A stretch of DNA of 63,556 nt, the filler included, from Psammoneis japonica (lineage: Eukaryota), in NCBI GenBank assembly GCA_008632985.1. It is 7 parts of 7 records of this genome, joined end to end, with 100 filler letters (N's around TTAATTAATTAA, not from the genome) between each part and the next. Parts side by side here need not be neighbours in the genome. Positions count along the whole stretch, not along the records: positions 1 to 9,613 come from QPGO01000531.1; positions 9,714 to 19,447 come from QPGO01000532.1; 5 more parts are not named here. One strand, 5' to 3'. Below, piece after piece: positions 1 through 12,219 of the stretch. The notes below the pieces were generated by a model, which saw nothing but the letters and a program-made list of their open reading frames with translations, was not told the origin of the DNA and did not search any database. Each line of letters starts with the position of its first letter. Positions within the stretch are counted from its first letter, which is position 1. Position numbers and translations under genes: made by a program.

Positions 1-851
1 AAGAATGACCTGCATCCCGAAAGATTTAAGCCGGTAAAAGCTGTGACACCGCACCACCCTCCTGCAGCATGCTTGTGCTCACGATTTGTGGCTCTAAAAA
101 CGCAAAATCGAGAATTAATCATCATACTTGGCACATTAGAGAGTGACTTTAGAGTGCAAACCAAGATTAGAAAAGGCATTGCCACCGTGGTATAAAGCAC
201 CCAAACGTGGGTAGCAAGGATGACCTTCCCGAAAGATTTATTTTGAGCTCGCCAAATTGCCTCTGAATCGAGAATGGTTGCGCACGCCGAAGTGACTCTC
301 GAGTTTCATACGAACTATCACCAATTCCTACTGCAGCAACAAGCTCAACTAACGTAAATTGCCAGAATGCATGAGCCAGATCCATGGCTTGTTATCAAAT
401 TGTGAGCTACTGGGTTTGCTGTGATCTCTACCGCGCCACACCTTGCATGGGCGAAGGCTACTTTTCAGACTGATCTTTCCGTGTGTCGATGATATCTACA
501 TGAATATTCTTCTTGGGTTCGTCTTTTGATTCTAGGAGAACGACGGACTTGTCTTCATTGAGCAGGGTAAGTCTGAACTTGATCGAGTGCCGCATCGTGA
601 ACCTTGTTATCTACGTTGTGACAGCCGTGCTGTGTTTGCGTTGCAGGTAATATATCCTGGACGCCTGGAGAAGAAGAACAGGTCCCTGATGACAGCGAGA
701 GACTACTGACTACTTCGAACATGACTGAAGTATCAGACATTGTTGAACGGGATGTGATCGTATCAAAAAGATCTATATTGATACATCGGTTATTAACAAC
801 GTACCCCTTCCGATTTCCCGACGTGAGAAATACCCGTGGAATCATACTTTA

Positions 852-1968
852 TTAAAGTTCATCGACGGTGCTAATACCTGCGTTGTTTGTCACAAACACA
901 GTTCGATTGAACCGCGGGATGAATTCCTTCGTCCGTATTGACCTATATGCAAGTGGGTATAATGGACAGTAACATGAGTCCTGCCAGCTCAGGTCTCTTT
1001 CGACAGGCTCTTGATCTGACGGGGCGCCCAGTCGACGTGCAATGTGATCGTCAAAGAGCCGTGCAAATCTCTTGCAACCTCTACATATACCGGTGATGCG
1101 CAATCGCCATCTTCTCCTTGCCAGGTTCCTCCTCCCTGTACTAACATCTTCGCTTCTCACACTGACACCCGTAACTCTCCTGTGATAGGAGTCGCAGTAG
1201 TCACGGTTGCCCTCGTTGAAGGAATCCAAGAACCCGTTTACTAGGGCGTAGAGATCTTGCGGGTTCGGATCGGTGTCTAGCTTCACAATGACATTTGATT
1301 CGAATGTGTTCTCGTTCGACGCACATTTGACTTCCTCCATTTGGACGACATTAATGACATTCCTAGCAGCTCTTATCGAACCGTCAGCGCGTCTCTTGTC
1401 GAGTTGGTGCGCGAGTGCAACCTTAACCTCATTCTGACTGGGACCGCGTTTATCAGCTTTACCAGCGCATCTGCAGGGGGCGCCGTCTGGGGGGAGGCGG
1501 CATGGGATCTCCGGTCAGTTCATCATAGTCCGCTTCAGTGATTTCAGCGAGCTCTCTTCGAGGTTCAGGTGTCCAGTCCAACAGATTTGTATCCTCGGCA
1601 CAGTTCTTGCACGTGCCCGAGCAATAGAAAGAAAACACACGTCGGTACACTTTTTCACCGTTCTCGTACAGATAGAATGAGTCGGAAGCTTCTATCTCAC
1701 AGCTCTTGATAATTCTCAAGTTACTCCTATCACAGTTCACTTCATTGTTCGGGTTCACCACTGCCAACGAATTGTACGCGGATATGAATGCACTCTCTAA
1801 CTGAAGTATTTCTGGGAACCGCAGCCCTTTGTCATGATTCATTCCAAACTCTACTTGGACTTGTGAAGCAAATATGGAGTTTCTCTGTGTATCACATGCG
1901 TCAAGAGCTGTAGAGGTGGTGGTAATGGATGCCAGTGCGGCAACAAGAGGTATTAGTCGTTTCATCAT
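852..1968 (-). CDS. Secreted diatom-type protein with two copies of an uncharacterised Cys-containing domain; one apparent frameshift
   Basis: Signal-peptide-like start MMKRLIPLVAALAS at 1968. Two similar modules (AFISAYNSL..NCD..RII and GFLDSFNEG..YCD..RRV). ORFs 1459-2025 and 852-1340 join through a one-base shift in the G6 run at ~1489-1494, giving PDGAPCRCAGKADKRGP..VQMEEVKC. The 3' end is uncertain. Confidence 0.55.
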
Positions 1969-3701
1969 GGTGACAATGTTCAGTACCACTTTTGCGAATT
2001 TTCGATTGTAAGTGCTGTCCGACAACTTCCGGTCAATAATTGAGAGTCACGCGGTCACAGATCTCGATAGAATGGTTATGGACTCGAAAGCGGTTTCACG
2101 TAGCAGTCGTAAGACATGTGCGTGAGGTTCATTATTTGTCGTATAAGCCTGCACGTGACCTGCAAATATGATTATTTAACAACGAGACATGAAACATTTA
2201 TGCTAAGAGAGCATCTCGTTTTGTCAGGAACAGATATTCTTGATTTGAAATGTCTACAAATATAAAGAATGCTGCATGTCTATACATTTAATAAAAATAT
2301 CGCAATTGTCTTACTTAAAGATAACTGATCATGGCTGGCATTTTCAAGTAGCCACAAAGACTTATTGTTTTTCGCTCTTAATTATTTATGAGTATATATG
2401 GTCATCGGACGTGTAATTATGTCTTTTTCTTTTAATCCTACCACAAGTCTACGAATAAAAATACTTATGCATTGTGTCCGCCTGGGCACGTGGAAATGCG
2501 TCACTCCATCAGGGCAGGGGCATGCACAGCGAAGCGCAGTCGGTCTGCACCACCATGCCGTTCTTGCACGACTGTTCTCTCCCAGAGAAAGACTCACCAG
2601 GCAAGTGAGCATGGAGCCAGTTTAAATCTGCTGTGAGTCCCAGCCATCAGTCTGGCTGCCCCCCCCCCTCAGCAGGAGTTGGCAAAAATCAAAGCACGCT
2701 CTGGCTCCGGGGACGGAGCCTTGCACCCCTGGGCTGCGGTGTTGATTTTTTGCCATGTGTCTTGTGTCACACACCAATGTTTTTGCATGACTTTGGCGGC
2801 ATTTGGTGGCATTTTGCAGTGCAATCGATGTCTGAGTGGCCCAGTGCTCAACAAGAACACTTCTGGAATTTTTTGTGTGCAGTGCCACCCTCTCCATGGT
2901 TGGCTGTTTTGATGCAGCAAACTCACCTGATTTTGGCAAATGGAAAATCCACACATCCAGGTTTCTTTGAGCAGTTTTGACGTCATGCATGCCAAGCTCA
3001 CTGCAAACATCATCGCCACACAGTTGTTGGAAACAAGCTGTGCATTTTCACATGCATGGCCGCAGCACGTGCTTGTGCCCAACGCAGCAAACAACAAAAA
3101 TGCCGCCCTTGCTGCCACAGGGCTTGTTTGTCTGTGTGTCAATGGCCACATTGTTGATCAAAGAGAGAGCATCATCACACAGTGACAAGACAGTGCTTGG
3201 CTCAATGGCTGTGTCAGATGTTTCTCGCACTGACACCTGCCATCATTCTGCATCCAGACATGCCAACAAGCCAACAAGCAGCGCAATTGCTGACTTTTCC
3301 ATTGTTCTCACATCTGCTGTGCATGTGAGTCCATGAGCAGCACATTTGCTTCCAATTTGGGCAGCCCACTCCTGTGCATCTGATGAGGCAGTGTGCGTGC
3401 GCTGTCTCAGCACCATCATGATGGTCATTTTTTCTTCTTCTTGTGACAGGCACAGAAAACAACATTTTGGTTTCGAAGCGAGGCAGCAGTTTCATCAACA
3501 ACACACCACGCAAAACTTTTGGCAAGGAGCAAAGGTGTGTCCCAGCCAGCATGTGTCTGATGCAGCAACACCGTCAGATCTGTCATGTTGAGCTGGTCCG
3601 TTGGTGTGCCACAACTCCCCACCAGTTTTTTTTTTTGCCAAAACGTGTTCATTGTTTTGTTGCTGGCGGCAACCCAGATTGTCCCTGCTTGTTTTTCACA
3701 A

Positions 3702-4488
3702 GCTCTAATTTGCACAGAAGCCATGTGTTGGTTTCTGTGCATTTGCGTAGATTTTGCACCAATCGCATCGTAGAGGTGTGTTGTTCGCCGGCCCTGACGA
3801 ACTCTTTCTCAGACACAGCACATTTTTCACGATGGCCGGCACATGACTGCCAGCTCGGCGGACACGTTTTGAGTTCTTTTCATGCAGATCTCACCGCAGA
3901 CGCACAGTGCTCAGATTCATTTGGCACAAATCTGCGCAGCTTTGTCACAGATGGCACAGAAACCCGTGGCAAGGTTCTGTGCCATCAAAAATGCTCAGGA
4001 CCTCACTGCGCATTTCTGTGCACAAGCAGGGACATGCAATCAATGCTTGTGTGACATCATTGCATGAAGTTGTGACATTGCAAAAATGTGAATGCTCTGT
4101 GTGCATCAGAGTGCAGAATGTGAAGAACCCATGTCCCTGCTCATTTTTCATGAGAGCTCTAATTTGCGCAGAAGCCATGTGTTGGTTTCTGTGCATTTGC
4201 ACAGATTTTGTGCCAATCGCATTGTAGAGGTGTGTTGTTCGCCGGCCCTGATGAAATCTTTCTCAGACATGACACATTTTTCACGATGGCCGGCACATGA
4301 CTGCCGGCTCGGTGGACACGTTTCGAGTTCTTTTCATGCAGATCTTGCCGCAGACATGCAGTGCTCAGATTTGTTTCGGCGCAAATCTGTGCAGCTTTGT
4401 CGCAGATGGCACAGAAGCCTGTGACAAGGTTCTGTGCCATCAAAAAATGCTCAGGACCTCACTGTGCATTTCTGTGCACAAGCAGGGA
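3702..4488. repeat. Direct duplication of ~330 bp (3702-4033 and 4156-4488)
   Basis: Both copies run GCTCTAATTTGC..CACAAGCAGGGACA. Differences are mostly transitions, often TG versus CA at the same site. Confidence 0.9.
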
Positions 4489-5199
4489 CACAGAGCGATG
4501 CACCTCTAAACATGCATGTTTCACACTTCAAAATTTCCACGACTTGTCGAAACGCGATGACAGTGGCGACCGCAAACGCAACGTGCTCCATCAACAGCTG
4601 CAAACTCACCATGATGCTGACATGCATCAATGTCGCGTAATTCATTTCACATGCACATGCCTTGCTGTGCTTTGACATTGATTGATCGCAGCAAAAACAG
4701 CTGAAATGTTCAATTTTTTGCCCATCGCTTTTCGACCGCATGAGTCAACAATGAGCCCGTTGCACTCGCGTGCGTCAATTGCACCGCACATGAGTTCACA
4801 AGAGATGAAATGTGGTTGATTGTTGTGGCTCTTTAAGGTGATGCTGTTGAGGAAACGGCGACCGTGGAGTCGCCATGGTGTGGTGGTTTCCGTGGTTTCC
4901 GGCTGCGGCATTTTAGCGGCGAGTTCGCAGTGCTGAAACTGAGTTGTGCTTGTCGAGTTTGCATGGCTGCCGCTTTGCACATCATGTGCCCACCATTCTC
5001 AGTGGCGGGGCCGCCAGCAAAAAAAAAATGGACGTTTGGCAGAAAAAACAACAACTCAGCCACAACTCGCTGCTTTGGAAGCCTCGTGCTTGTTGCTTTT
5101 TCAACCAACACAGCAGCTGGTGAATTTTTTGTTCCTCTGTTGTGTTTTTTGTTCTTCCTCTGTTGTGTTTTTGTTCATCTGTTGACTGGATGATGTGGC

Positions 5200-8100
5200 A
5201 CATGCAAGAATGTGTGCTTCATGATGGGGCAATGCAGGGAAAACCAAGCTGTGCAATGGACAGGAGCTCCAAACCACTGGTGACCAGATCTGTTGTCATC
5301 TCAACAAGCTTGCTCCAAACCCATGCTCAAATGGCTCAGAGCAAGCTGAGTGGCTGCCCTCCCTTGCATCTGTGCATTGTCTGCACCAGAGCCAAATTTG
5401 CCACCTGCAGCTGGACATGCTTGCCAGCAGCCAACCACCCTTCTCTGTGGAGTGGTGCAGTGCAGGCAGATTTTCAAGAAGTGCAGCCACCAACAGGTGC
5501 AGCTGTGCTGCAAACTTGGTCATGTGGAGCTTGTGCACAGAATTTTGCAGGCTCTTGTCACAACATGGAGTCCTGCCCAGGGCCAGCTGGCTGGCTTGAG
5601 GGTTGTCAAACAAAGAAGCAGCACCCACTGATGGATTCCATCTCCTCCAAGGAGGTTCAAGCCAGAGCTGCTTGTGGTTCTGCCTTCTCCTGTCTTTTTT
5701 GCAGCAGCCTGCTGGCCATGCATGTCATCTCCTCACACTCTGCAACAAGGCAGCAATGCTGGGCTTGATGATTTGTTGGCCACTCAGCACTTTGTGACCA
5801 GCTGGTCATTTTCAGGGAAATGCAAGAGCTTCTTTGTGGTGGCCATGCAGAACAGCTTGGCTTGGAGCTCAACAAAAACACCAGAGCAACTTTTGTGCAC
5901 TGTGGCTGCAGAGTGCTTTTGTTTGTGTTTGACTTGCTTGCTGTGCAAAAGAAGCCCTTTGGAGCTGGCCACCATCAACCTGACATCTCATCCTCTGTTG
6001 ATGCTGTTTTGTGGCAACTGTGCAAAACAGCTTGACTTGGAGCTCATTGACAAAAGCACTTGATGCAAGTGCTGCATGAGTTGCTTTCATGCATGCTTGA
6101 TTTGCCCCACAAAAACTTGGGCTCATTTGGCATGCTTCCCACTTTGTTGGCCAAGTTTTGTGAGCAACTTTTGCAATGATGGAGTCATGTGTGGAGAATC
6201 CTCTCTCCAAAAGGCAGCCACAAAAGACCCTCAGCTTGAAACGTGGCTGGTTGGAGCAAAAATCTGAAACACACACTGAGTCACAAGCACCACACATGCT
6301 TCAACCAGGCATGTCCAGTGCCAAACCTCAAACAACCAGAGAGGTTTGCACTTTTCCCACAACAGGCAAGAATCAAGCACTGTGGTCATCAAGGATCAAG
6401 GTGGACAAAAGTGATTTGCTGAGACTTCACTTTTTGGCAACAGGAAGAGCCAGAAATGCAGCCATGATGGAACAACAGTGTGCTGGGGTCCAAGCACATT
6501 GCTGCAAATCTGAGATTTGAGAAAGCTGCCATGATTTCTCAAGAGGTGGCATGAGAACAACACCTGGGAAAAGGAATGCCCTCCAAGGAAGAGCACCAGT
6601 GCTCATCACCAGCAAACACCAGAGAGAAAAAAGAAAAAACCAAAAAACCAAAACACACGTGTGGTGCCAGATTCTTGGTTGCTCCATGAGCACTGCAAAG
6701 GAGAGCCAATGTTTGGACCCACCTAAATTTTTGCTGACAGCTGAACTTTGTCTTTTGTGCAGCTTGGTGAGAAAATGACAAGACTTTTTGAAAGAAGTGC
6801 AAAACTGTGCCCACAAAACACTGCATGAAAGATGGCATTTTTGCCTCTGAAAGCACGCACAAAGTGCTTTTTCATTTCCTGGACAGTCTGAACCTGCACA
6901 AGTGCTGGAGTGTGCACTCCACATTGAGACAAAAGACATCATCTTCTTGGACCTGCCATGGCACAACTCTGGGTCAAAGCTTGCCAAGTGATCTGCAGGC
7001 ATTTTTGGACTTCAAAAAGACAAGGTGCAACGACACCAACGTGGGGTGGAGCAGTGGCTGCTCCCATGAAAGACAGAGAAACAAACTCTTCCTTTTGGGT
7101 GCTTTTTTTGCCTTGATTGAGTTCAAGAATCTGGTGCTGTGGAGGATCCAAGCAGCTGTGTTGATGAGATTTTGGAGGGTGGCAGCCATTGTGCTGCAGC
7201 ACAGATTTGCGCACCACTGCAATCATCCACAAAGAAGCTGTGCACCAGACAATGGGTGAGCAAGCAGAAAAAGCTCAGCCAACTTTCCTCAGAACACAAG
7301 CACCCCTTTGGCAGCACTCTGGGAAAGAGGGGCAGTCAACTCCAGCCAAATTCCAGCTCCAAGGAGGAGCAAGGCTGTGCTGCTTCAAACCATGTGCCCG
7401 CTGCTCTGCACTTGTTGGAAGCACCAACATGAAAGGAAGTTGGCCAGCTGCGCTGAGCAGGTTGGGTGTTGCCACTTGCAAGGAAAATCACAGTGGCAGC
7501 TCATTTGTGTGATGATTTTTTCACATGTTTTGTTCTTTCATTTGTTGCCACCACACCTCCAGCCTGTCCCAACGAGACCAGCCCCAACTTGGATCAGGCT
7601 GGAGGTGCACAGAAACCATTTTGCACAGACAAACCACCACTGAGACTTTCCTTGCATGAGGCAACACCCAGAGCATGCTGCAAATTACCACAGTCCACTC
7701 AGAGCAGGTGGTGCCAACCTTCTCTTTGCTGAAAAAGATCAGGGGGCAAAGTGCGGCTCTGTGGCCCAGCTGTCATGAGATGAGAAGGTGTGTCAAATGA
7801 GAGGCATGTGTGTGACACGCTGAACACAGAGGATTCACTTTAGAAACTGGGAGCTGGCAATTTTCCCAAATGCCCAACAAACATGTGCAGAAATTCCAGC
7901 AAATCTGTGCATCCAAGTTTGCACACCCAAATTTGTGGTGCAAGCCTGGCTCCCATGACCACGCAGCTCTTGTCTCCCAAAGTGCTCAAATTTGTGTGTC
8001 AGCTGAGGTTCCTCTCTGAGGCAGAAAAGCCATGCTGTTGGAGAGAATCTTGCTTTCCAGAGCAAGCAAGTTTGACACATCCTGTGCAAATTTTGCAGAA

Positions 8101-8560
8101 GCTGTTCTGACACCTGCACATGAAATTGTGCGCAAGGTCAAGCCTGTGTGAGAAGAAAACTCACAAAAAAACAAGTTTTTGCACAAACTTGGGTTTGTCA
8201 TCACAATTTCCCATTGGAGATTTTTGGGACAAATTTGGACATTTGGAAAACACTGCCACCACTTGCTGCATCTTTGGACCCAAGTGTGGGTGCTGCAATG
8301 CCCCCCCTTTTTGGAGTGCACTTTGGAGCCAGAGCAGCAGGTTTTGACTTTGTTCGACAGAGTTTGTGCAGGTGACATGCTGCGTTGCATTCAACAGACT
8401 TTTGGTGGTGGTTTCAGAAATCAGAAGAAGTGCTCAAAAGAGCCAAGCAAGCCAGCAGCCCAAAAATTCAGCACCTGTGTGAACTCCAAAGTCTCAGCCA
8501 CCCACTTGGGGCCTCGCATTGTGAAAAACAGAGCCCAGCACAAGATGCAGTCTCCTGAGG
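5200..8560 (-). mobile_element. Possible heavily decayed non-LTR retrotransposon
   Basis: An FVDD motif resembling the RT catalytic motif in ORF 7123-7317, plus block length and decay pattern. No intact ORF. Confidence 0.3.
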
Positions 8561-9068
8561 TGCAAAAAGAGCTGCGGTGCTTTGTTGGTCAGCTGCGATG
8601 GCATGTGGCTCTAAAGGCCACATTTTTTTGGCCAACCAGCTGGCTCACCCGGCCTGCTCCAGCTCCAGGTGATCTGCTTTTCATCATGCGAAAGGCCGAT
8701 TTTCTGTGCAGTTTGGCGCAATTGACTCCCTCAATTTTGATCGTTTTGAAAATCGAAAGGTGAGTGCACACCCAAAAACACATGCAAAGTGCACACTTGC
8801 CCTTCGATTTGGCAAAAAACGGATTTGGAAAAAGTCAATTGCGCCAAATGCACAAATTTCCAAATGATGGGAATCGAACCCGCTCGGAGCACCTGGAGCT
8901 GGAACAGGCCACCCAATGCATTGAAAATGTCAAAGTGGCAGTGGGACAATTTGTAGAAAAAAGGAACCAAAGGCCACAAAAAAGCTGTTTTCAAGGAACA
9001 TGTCCTTTTCTTGTGCCCAGATTTCAGTGAGCCACCATTTGACACCTGCCCACATGCCACCGCAAATT

Positions 9069-9069
<1 letters not shown>

Positions 9070-9131
<62 letters not shown>
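9070..9131. repeat. (CA)n microsatellite, ~31 units
   Basis: Directly visible. Confidence 0.97.
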
Positions 9132-9133
<2 letters not shown>

Positions 9134-9146
9134 GCTCCAACAAGGC

Positions 9147-9414
9147 TGCACATTTTGTTCATGGGAGTTGGTGAGTGGCCCACAAGCACAACATGCAACA
9201 ACAAACAGAGAGAGAGCGGCTGTTGATGATGAAAACACTCAAGAAGTTGGGGAACATGTTGCGTGTGCTCTGCTCCAGAAACCCACACAGCACATTTTGT
9301 TCATGGGAGTTGGTGAGTGGCCCACAAACACAACATGCAACAACACACAGAGAGAGTGGCTGTTGTTGATGAAAACACTCAAGAAGTTGGGGAGCATGTC
9401 GCGTGTGCTCTGCT
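9147..9414. repeat. Tandem duplication of ~125-145 bp
   Basis: GCACATTTTGTTCATGGGAGTTGGTGAGTGGCCCACAA..GCGTGTGCTCTGCT occurs at ~9147 and ~9290. Confidence 0.9.
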
Positions 9415-9613
9415 TCTTGGTTGTTTGAGAGGCGCAGACCAAAAATCCACACGTTGTTGGAGCTGACAGAGCAGGCACACACAAGCTGTTTGCTGCCCCC
9501 GCCAGACTGCAATGGTGTCTTCCCAGCTGTTTGTGGTGCCAATGAGACCAAACAAGCAACAATTGAACAAAAAGCTGCCGCTCAAGCCACTTCAAGAAAA
9601 GAAGTGTGATGCA

Positions 9614-9713
9614 NNNNNNNNNNNNNNNNNNNNNNNNNNNNNNNNNNNNNNNNNNNNTTAATTAATTAANNNNNNNNNNNNNNNNNNNNNNNNNNNNNNN
9701 NNNNNNNNNNNNN
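9614..9713. other. Artificial scaffold linker
   Basis: N44-TTAATTAATTAA-N44, with stops in all six frames. Confidence 0.98.
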
Positions 9714-9719
9714 ACGGGG

Positions 9720-10297
9720 TAGTAAACACTCTTAGGAGCCTGGAGGCGGACGGGTTGGTGCAATTTAATGAACGTGCTCAGACGGGTTTTTTTCGTTTTG
9801 GGGTGTTTTGAAACGATGCGTGTTTGATGCTTGATTCCGTCCGGTGCTGGCGACTGTGTTCGCTATTTGCAGCATGCGGTACCGTACGCAGTAGTTGGAT
9901 TGCTGTAATGTTTTAGGTAGTAGTTTCACTGAGAGCTGTTCACTACTAGTAGAACCTACGACGAGTAATCCTCAGACATATTGTACGATAAAGTACCATC
10001 CGTGTGGGAAACTAGCCAGTAAAACTCTTAGGAGCCTGGAGGCGGATGGGCTGGTGCAATTTATTGGACGTGCTCAGACGGTCTTTGTCGGCTTTGGGGT
10101 GTTTTGAAACGATGCGCGTTTGATGCTTGATTCCGTCCGGTGCTGGCGACTGTGTTCGCTATTTGCAGCATGCGGTACCGTACGCAGTACTTTTATTGCT
10201 GTAATGGGTATTAGTTTCACTGAGAGCTGTTCACTAGCAGAACCCACGACGAGTAATCCTCAGACATATTGTCCGACAAAGTACCATCCCTGTGGGA
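9720..10297. repeat. Tandem duplication, ~298-bp unit, normal TpA content
   Basis: AGTAAA(C)ACTCTTAGGAGCCTGGAGGCGGA..AAAGTACCATCC starts at ~9720 and ~10018. Confidence 0.9.
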
Positions 10298-10499
10298 AAA
10301 TAGGCAGTTTACAAAAATATGCCGTGCCACAAGGATTACCGCCGGGTGGAACGTTTCCCGTGCCATACTAGCAAAACGATGGGCATCAGCAAAGCTACCG
10401 GTAGGAGCTGTATGCTGCAATATTTCTATAGTTTCAGTAGCTACTTCGTTACATCGCCGAATGCACAAATAATGCGTCTTCAAGACAAACGAATGAATC

Positions 10500-11722
10500 T
10501 CAAAGCTCGGAAAATAATTTCTTCCATTTCTTATCTTTCAAAACGGCATTGGTATCAACAGACGCCAGTTTCCCGGCGTTTGTATACTCGTGAAATCCAG
10601 ACTCAAGAATGTGCTTCGAATTGGTACTAGTAGGCGCCAACACCGACTCTACCTTTATGGAATGCAGAAGCAAATCATTGGCTTGCCGGTTCGACAACTG
10701 TTCGAGCGGAAAGTCCACAAGCTTATCGAGGTCCAGTTCCGACGCATATTTCTGCATGGCGCTCCTAACGTCTGCCCTAGATGCACTTTGCTGCTTTACC
10801 AGCCCTTGTTTAAAGGCGGCAACAGCAATCATGTCAAATCGCAAATACTTGGATGACGACGGATTGCTTTGAAGAGCAAGATAGTCATCGTATAAGTGGC
10901 GACATACCAGGGGAGCTTGAGGTATCTCTTGACAATAGAACCGCTGCAACAATGGACCATCCGAATGGAAATTAAAGACCGGCACTTTTTGGTTGGGGAA
11001 GCGCTCTTGCCAACGTGTGTGAATCGCAATGGGTTCATAGAAAGGGCGTCGTTCCTCCCATTTTTCTACGAATTGAGAAAAGGATGGATTCACCTTACCG
11101 CCCTCGCTCGGCCGCGTCTTGTACGCCCACATTTCCGGGACTATTGACTTGATAATACCGACTCGACATAGTTTCGTAGTGCCGCCTTTAGGTAAAGACG
11201 ATCTGTACCCTCCACCTCTCTAGGAGAGGAATCAAGTACTTGAACAGACGTTTGTCTTCCATGTTGCTGTTGAACGATGAAAAGTTTTCCTCCGAGACAA
11301 AAACCGTATGATTTTGCCCGTGATGGTAGTCAAGCAGCTCCCCGAATTCTTCCCAAGCAGCCTTGCATTCTTTTTGGCCTCCGTTACGACAGTACCTGAC
11401 CAAGGCGTGCGTGCAGTACCCTCCTTCCGCGTGAGAGCTGCCGATGTAGTAGACATTGTCCTCTTGGAGCATCGTCCGATACCGAATAGCAAATTCTTGA
11501 ATCGTCGTTGTACCGGTTTTAGCGGTTCCAATATGAAGAATAAAGAGAGGTTTTTCGCCATCGGCCATCGGCTGTCTTTTCTTTGGGACCGTCACTTTGA
11601 ATAGCTTGGAATTGTTGGGCGACATCAAATGCGACCCCCACCTGGAACACGACAAGAGCGATGCACAGACCAATCAATAAAATAACATGGTAGCACGTAA
11701 TGGGAGATTGCGGAGCGATCAT
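10500..11722 (-). pseudogene. Sulfotransferase-like type II membrane protein, disrupted
   Basis: N-terminal TM segment (VILLIGLCIALVVF), 5'-PSB-like motif LHIGTAKTGTTTIQ, VSEENFS, and IVFT*RRHYE with an in-frame TAA at 11188-11190 where Tyr is expected. Two further frameshifts at ~11580 and ~11135. Confidence 0.65.
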
Positions 11723-12219
11723 AGTGTCGTAATGTATTGAAAGAAGTTGGAAGAGCAACAACGTCAATGGCGCTATCGACCAGCATAGTGATGATGATTG
11801 ATCCATTGATCATTGATCATTGATCCCACAAAGAGCCGTTGCGTCACATTCGAAATTGAGTACTGTGTATGTACGTGGATCTTCACGTACGTACGACTTG
11901 CGTTTGAATTTCAAACTTCTTTATTTTGCTACACGGCAATTAATCCCAAGAATTCAAATTGATGAATGATGCGTATTCAATGCCTAAGATATCCAATACA
12001 TTTTATCATGATATTAAAATGTTTTTGACGTTAAAAATTGGGTGAGAGCAATCCTATAAATTAAAACTTGAATATATTATATTAAACGCACCAATGACCG
12101 ACTCAACAAAGCAACAACGATGAGCAACAAACAAGTCCTCAAGAGTTTGCACCAACGCCGACGGAACCACAGCCGCCATCAACCTTGCCATACAGTATCC
12201 TGTACAATCGTGTGCCACC

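Larger units (their letters stand above)
2470..9613. mobile_element. Decayed repeat/transposon block, TpA-depleted and largely CpG-depleted
   Basis: TA almost disappears after ~2470. Excess TG/CA, overlapping Cys/His-rich ORFs in all frames, and internal duplications. Confidence 0.7.

Noticed and set aside
3702..4488. TG-versus-CA differences between duplicates as proof of TpA mutation
   Set aside because: Ambiguous alone, because CpG deamination gives the same reciprocal pattern. Only sites with a retained TA or a known ancestor were used for direction.
9070..9131. (CA)n as a mutated (TA)n tract
   Set aside because: Two-strand mutation would give a TG/CA mixture; a pure CA run is an ordinary microsatellite.
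2622..9609. Dozens of overlapping Cys/His-rich ORFs (also at 14-19k, 31-37k, 48-57k and 62.5k onward) as novel small or metal-binding proteins
   Set aside because: They follow from TpA loss: TAA and TAG stops vanish and TGY/CAY codons accumulate in all six frames.
2470..9613. Fungal-type RIP, GC-biased gene conversion or contamination as the explanation for block composition
   Set aside because: RIP would increase TpA. Biased conversion would not spare poly-A tracts while removing only TA. The blocks are contiguous with diatom-type genes and contain diatom-type TEs.
9614..9713. Recurrent TTAATTAATTAA motif as a biological repeat or piggyBac site
   Set aside because: It is always centred in an identical 100-bp N linker, so it is an artificial join. 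No synteny can be inferred across it.
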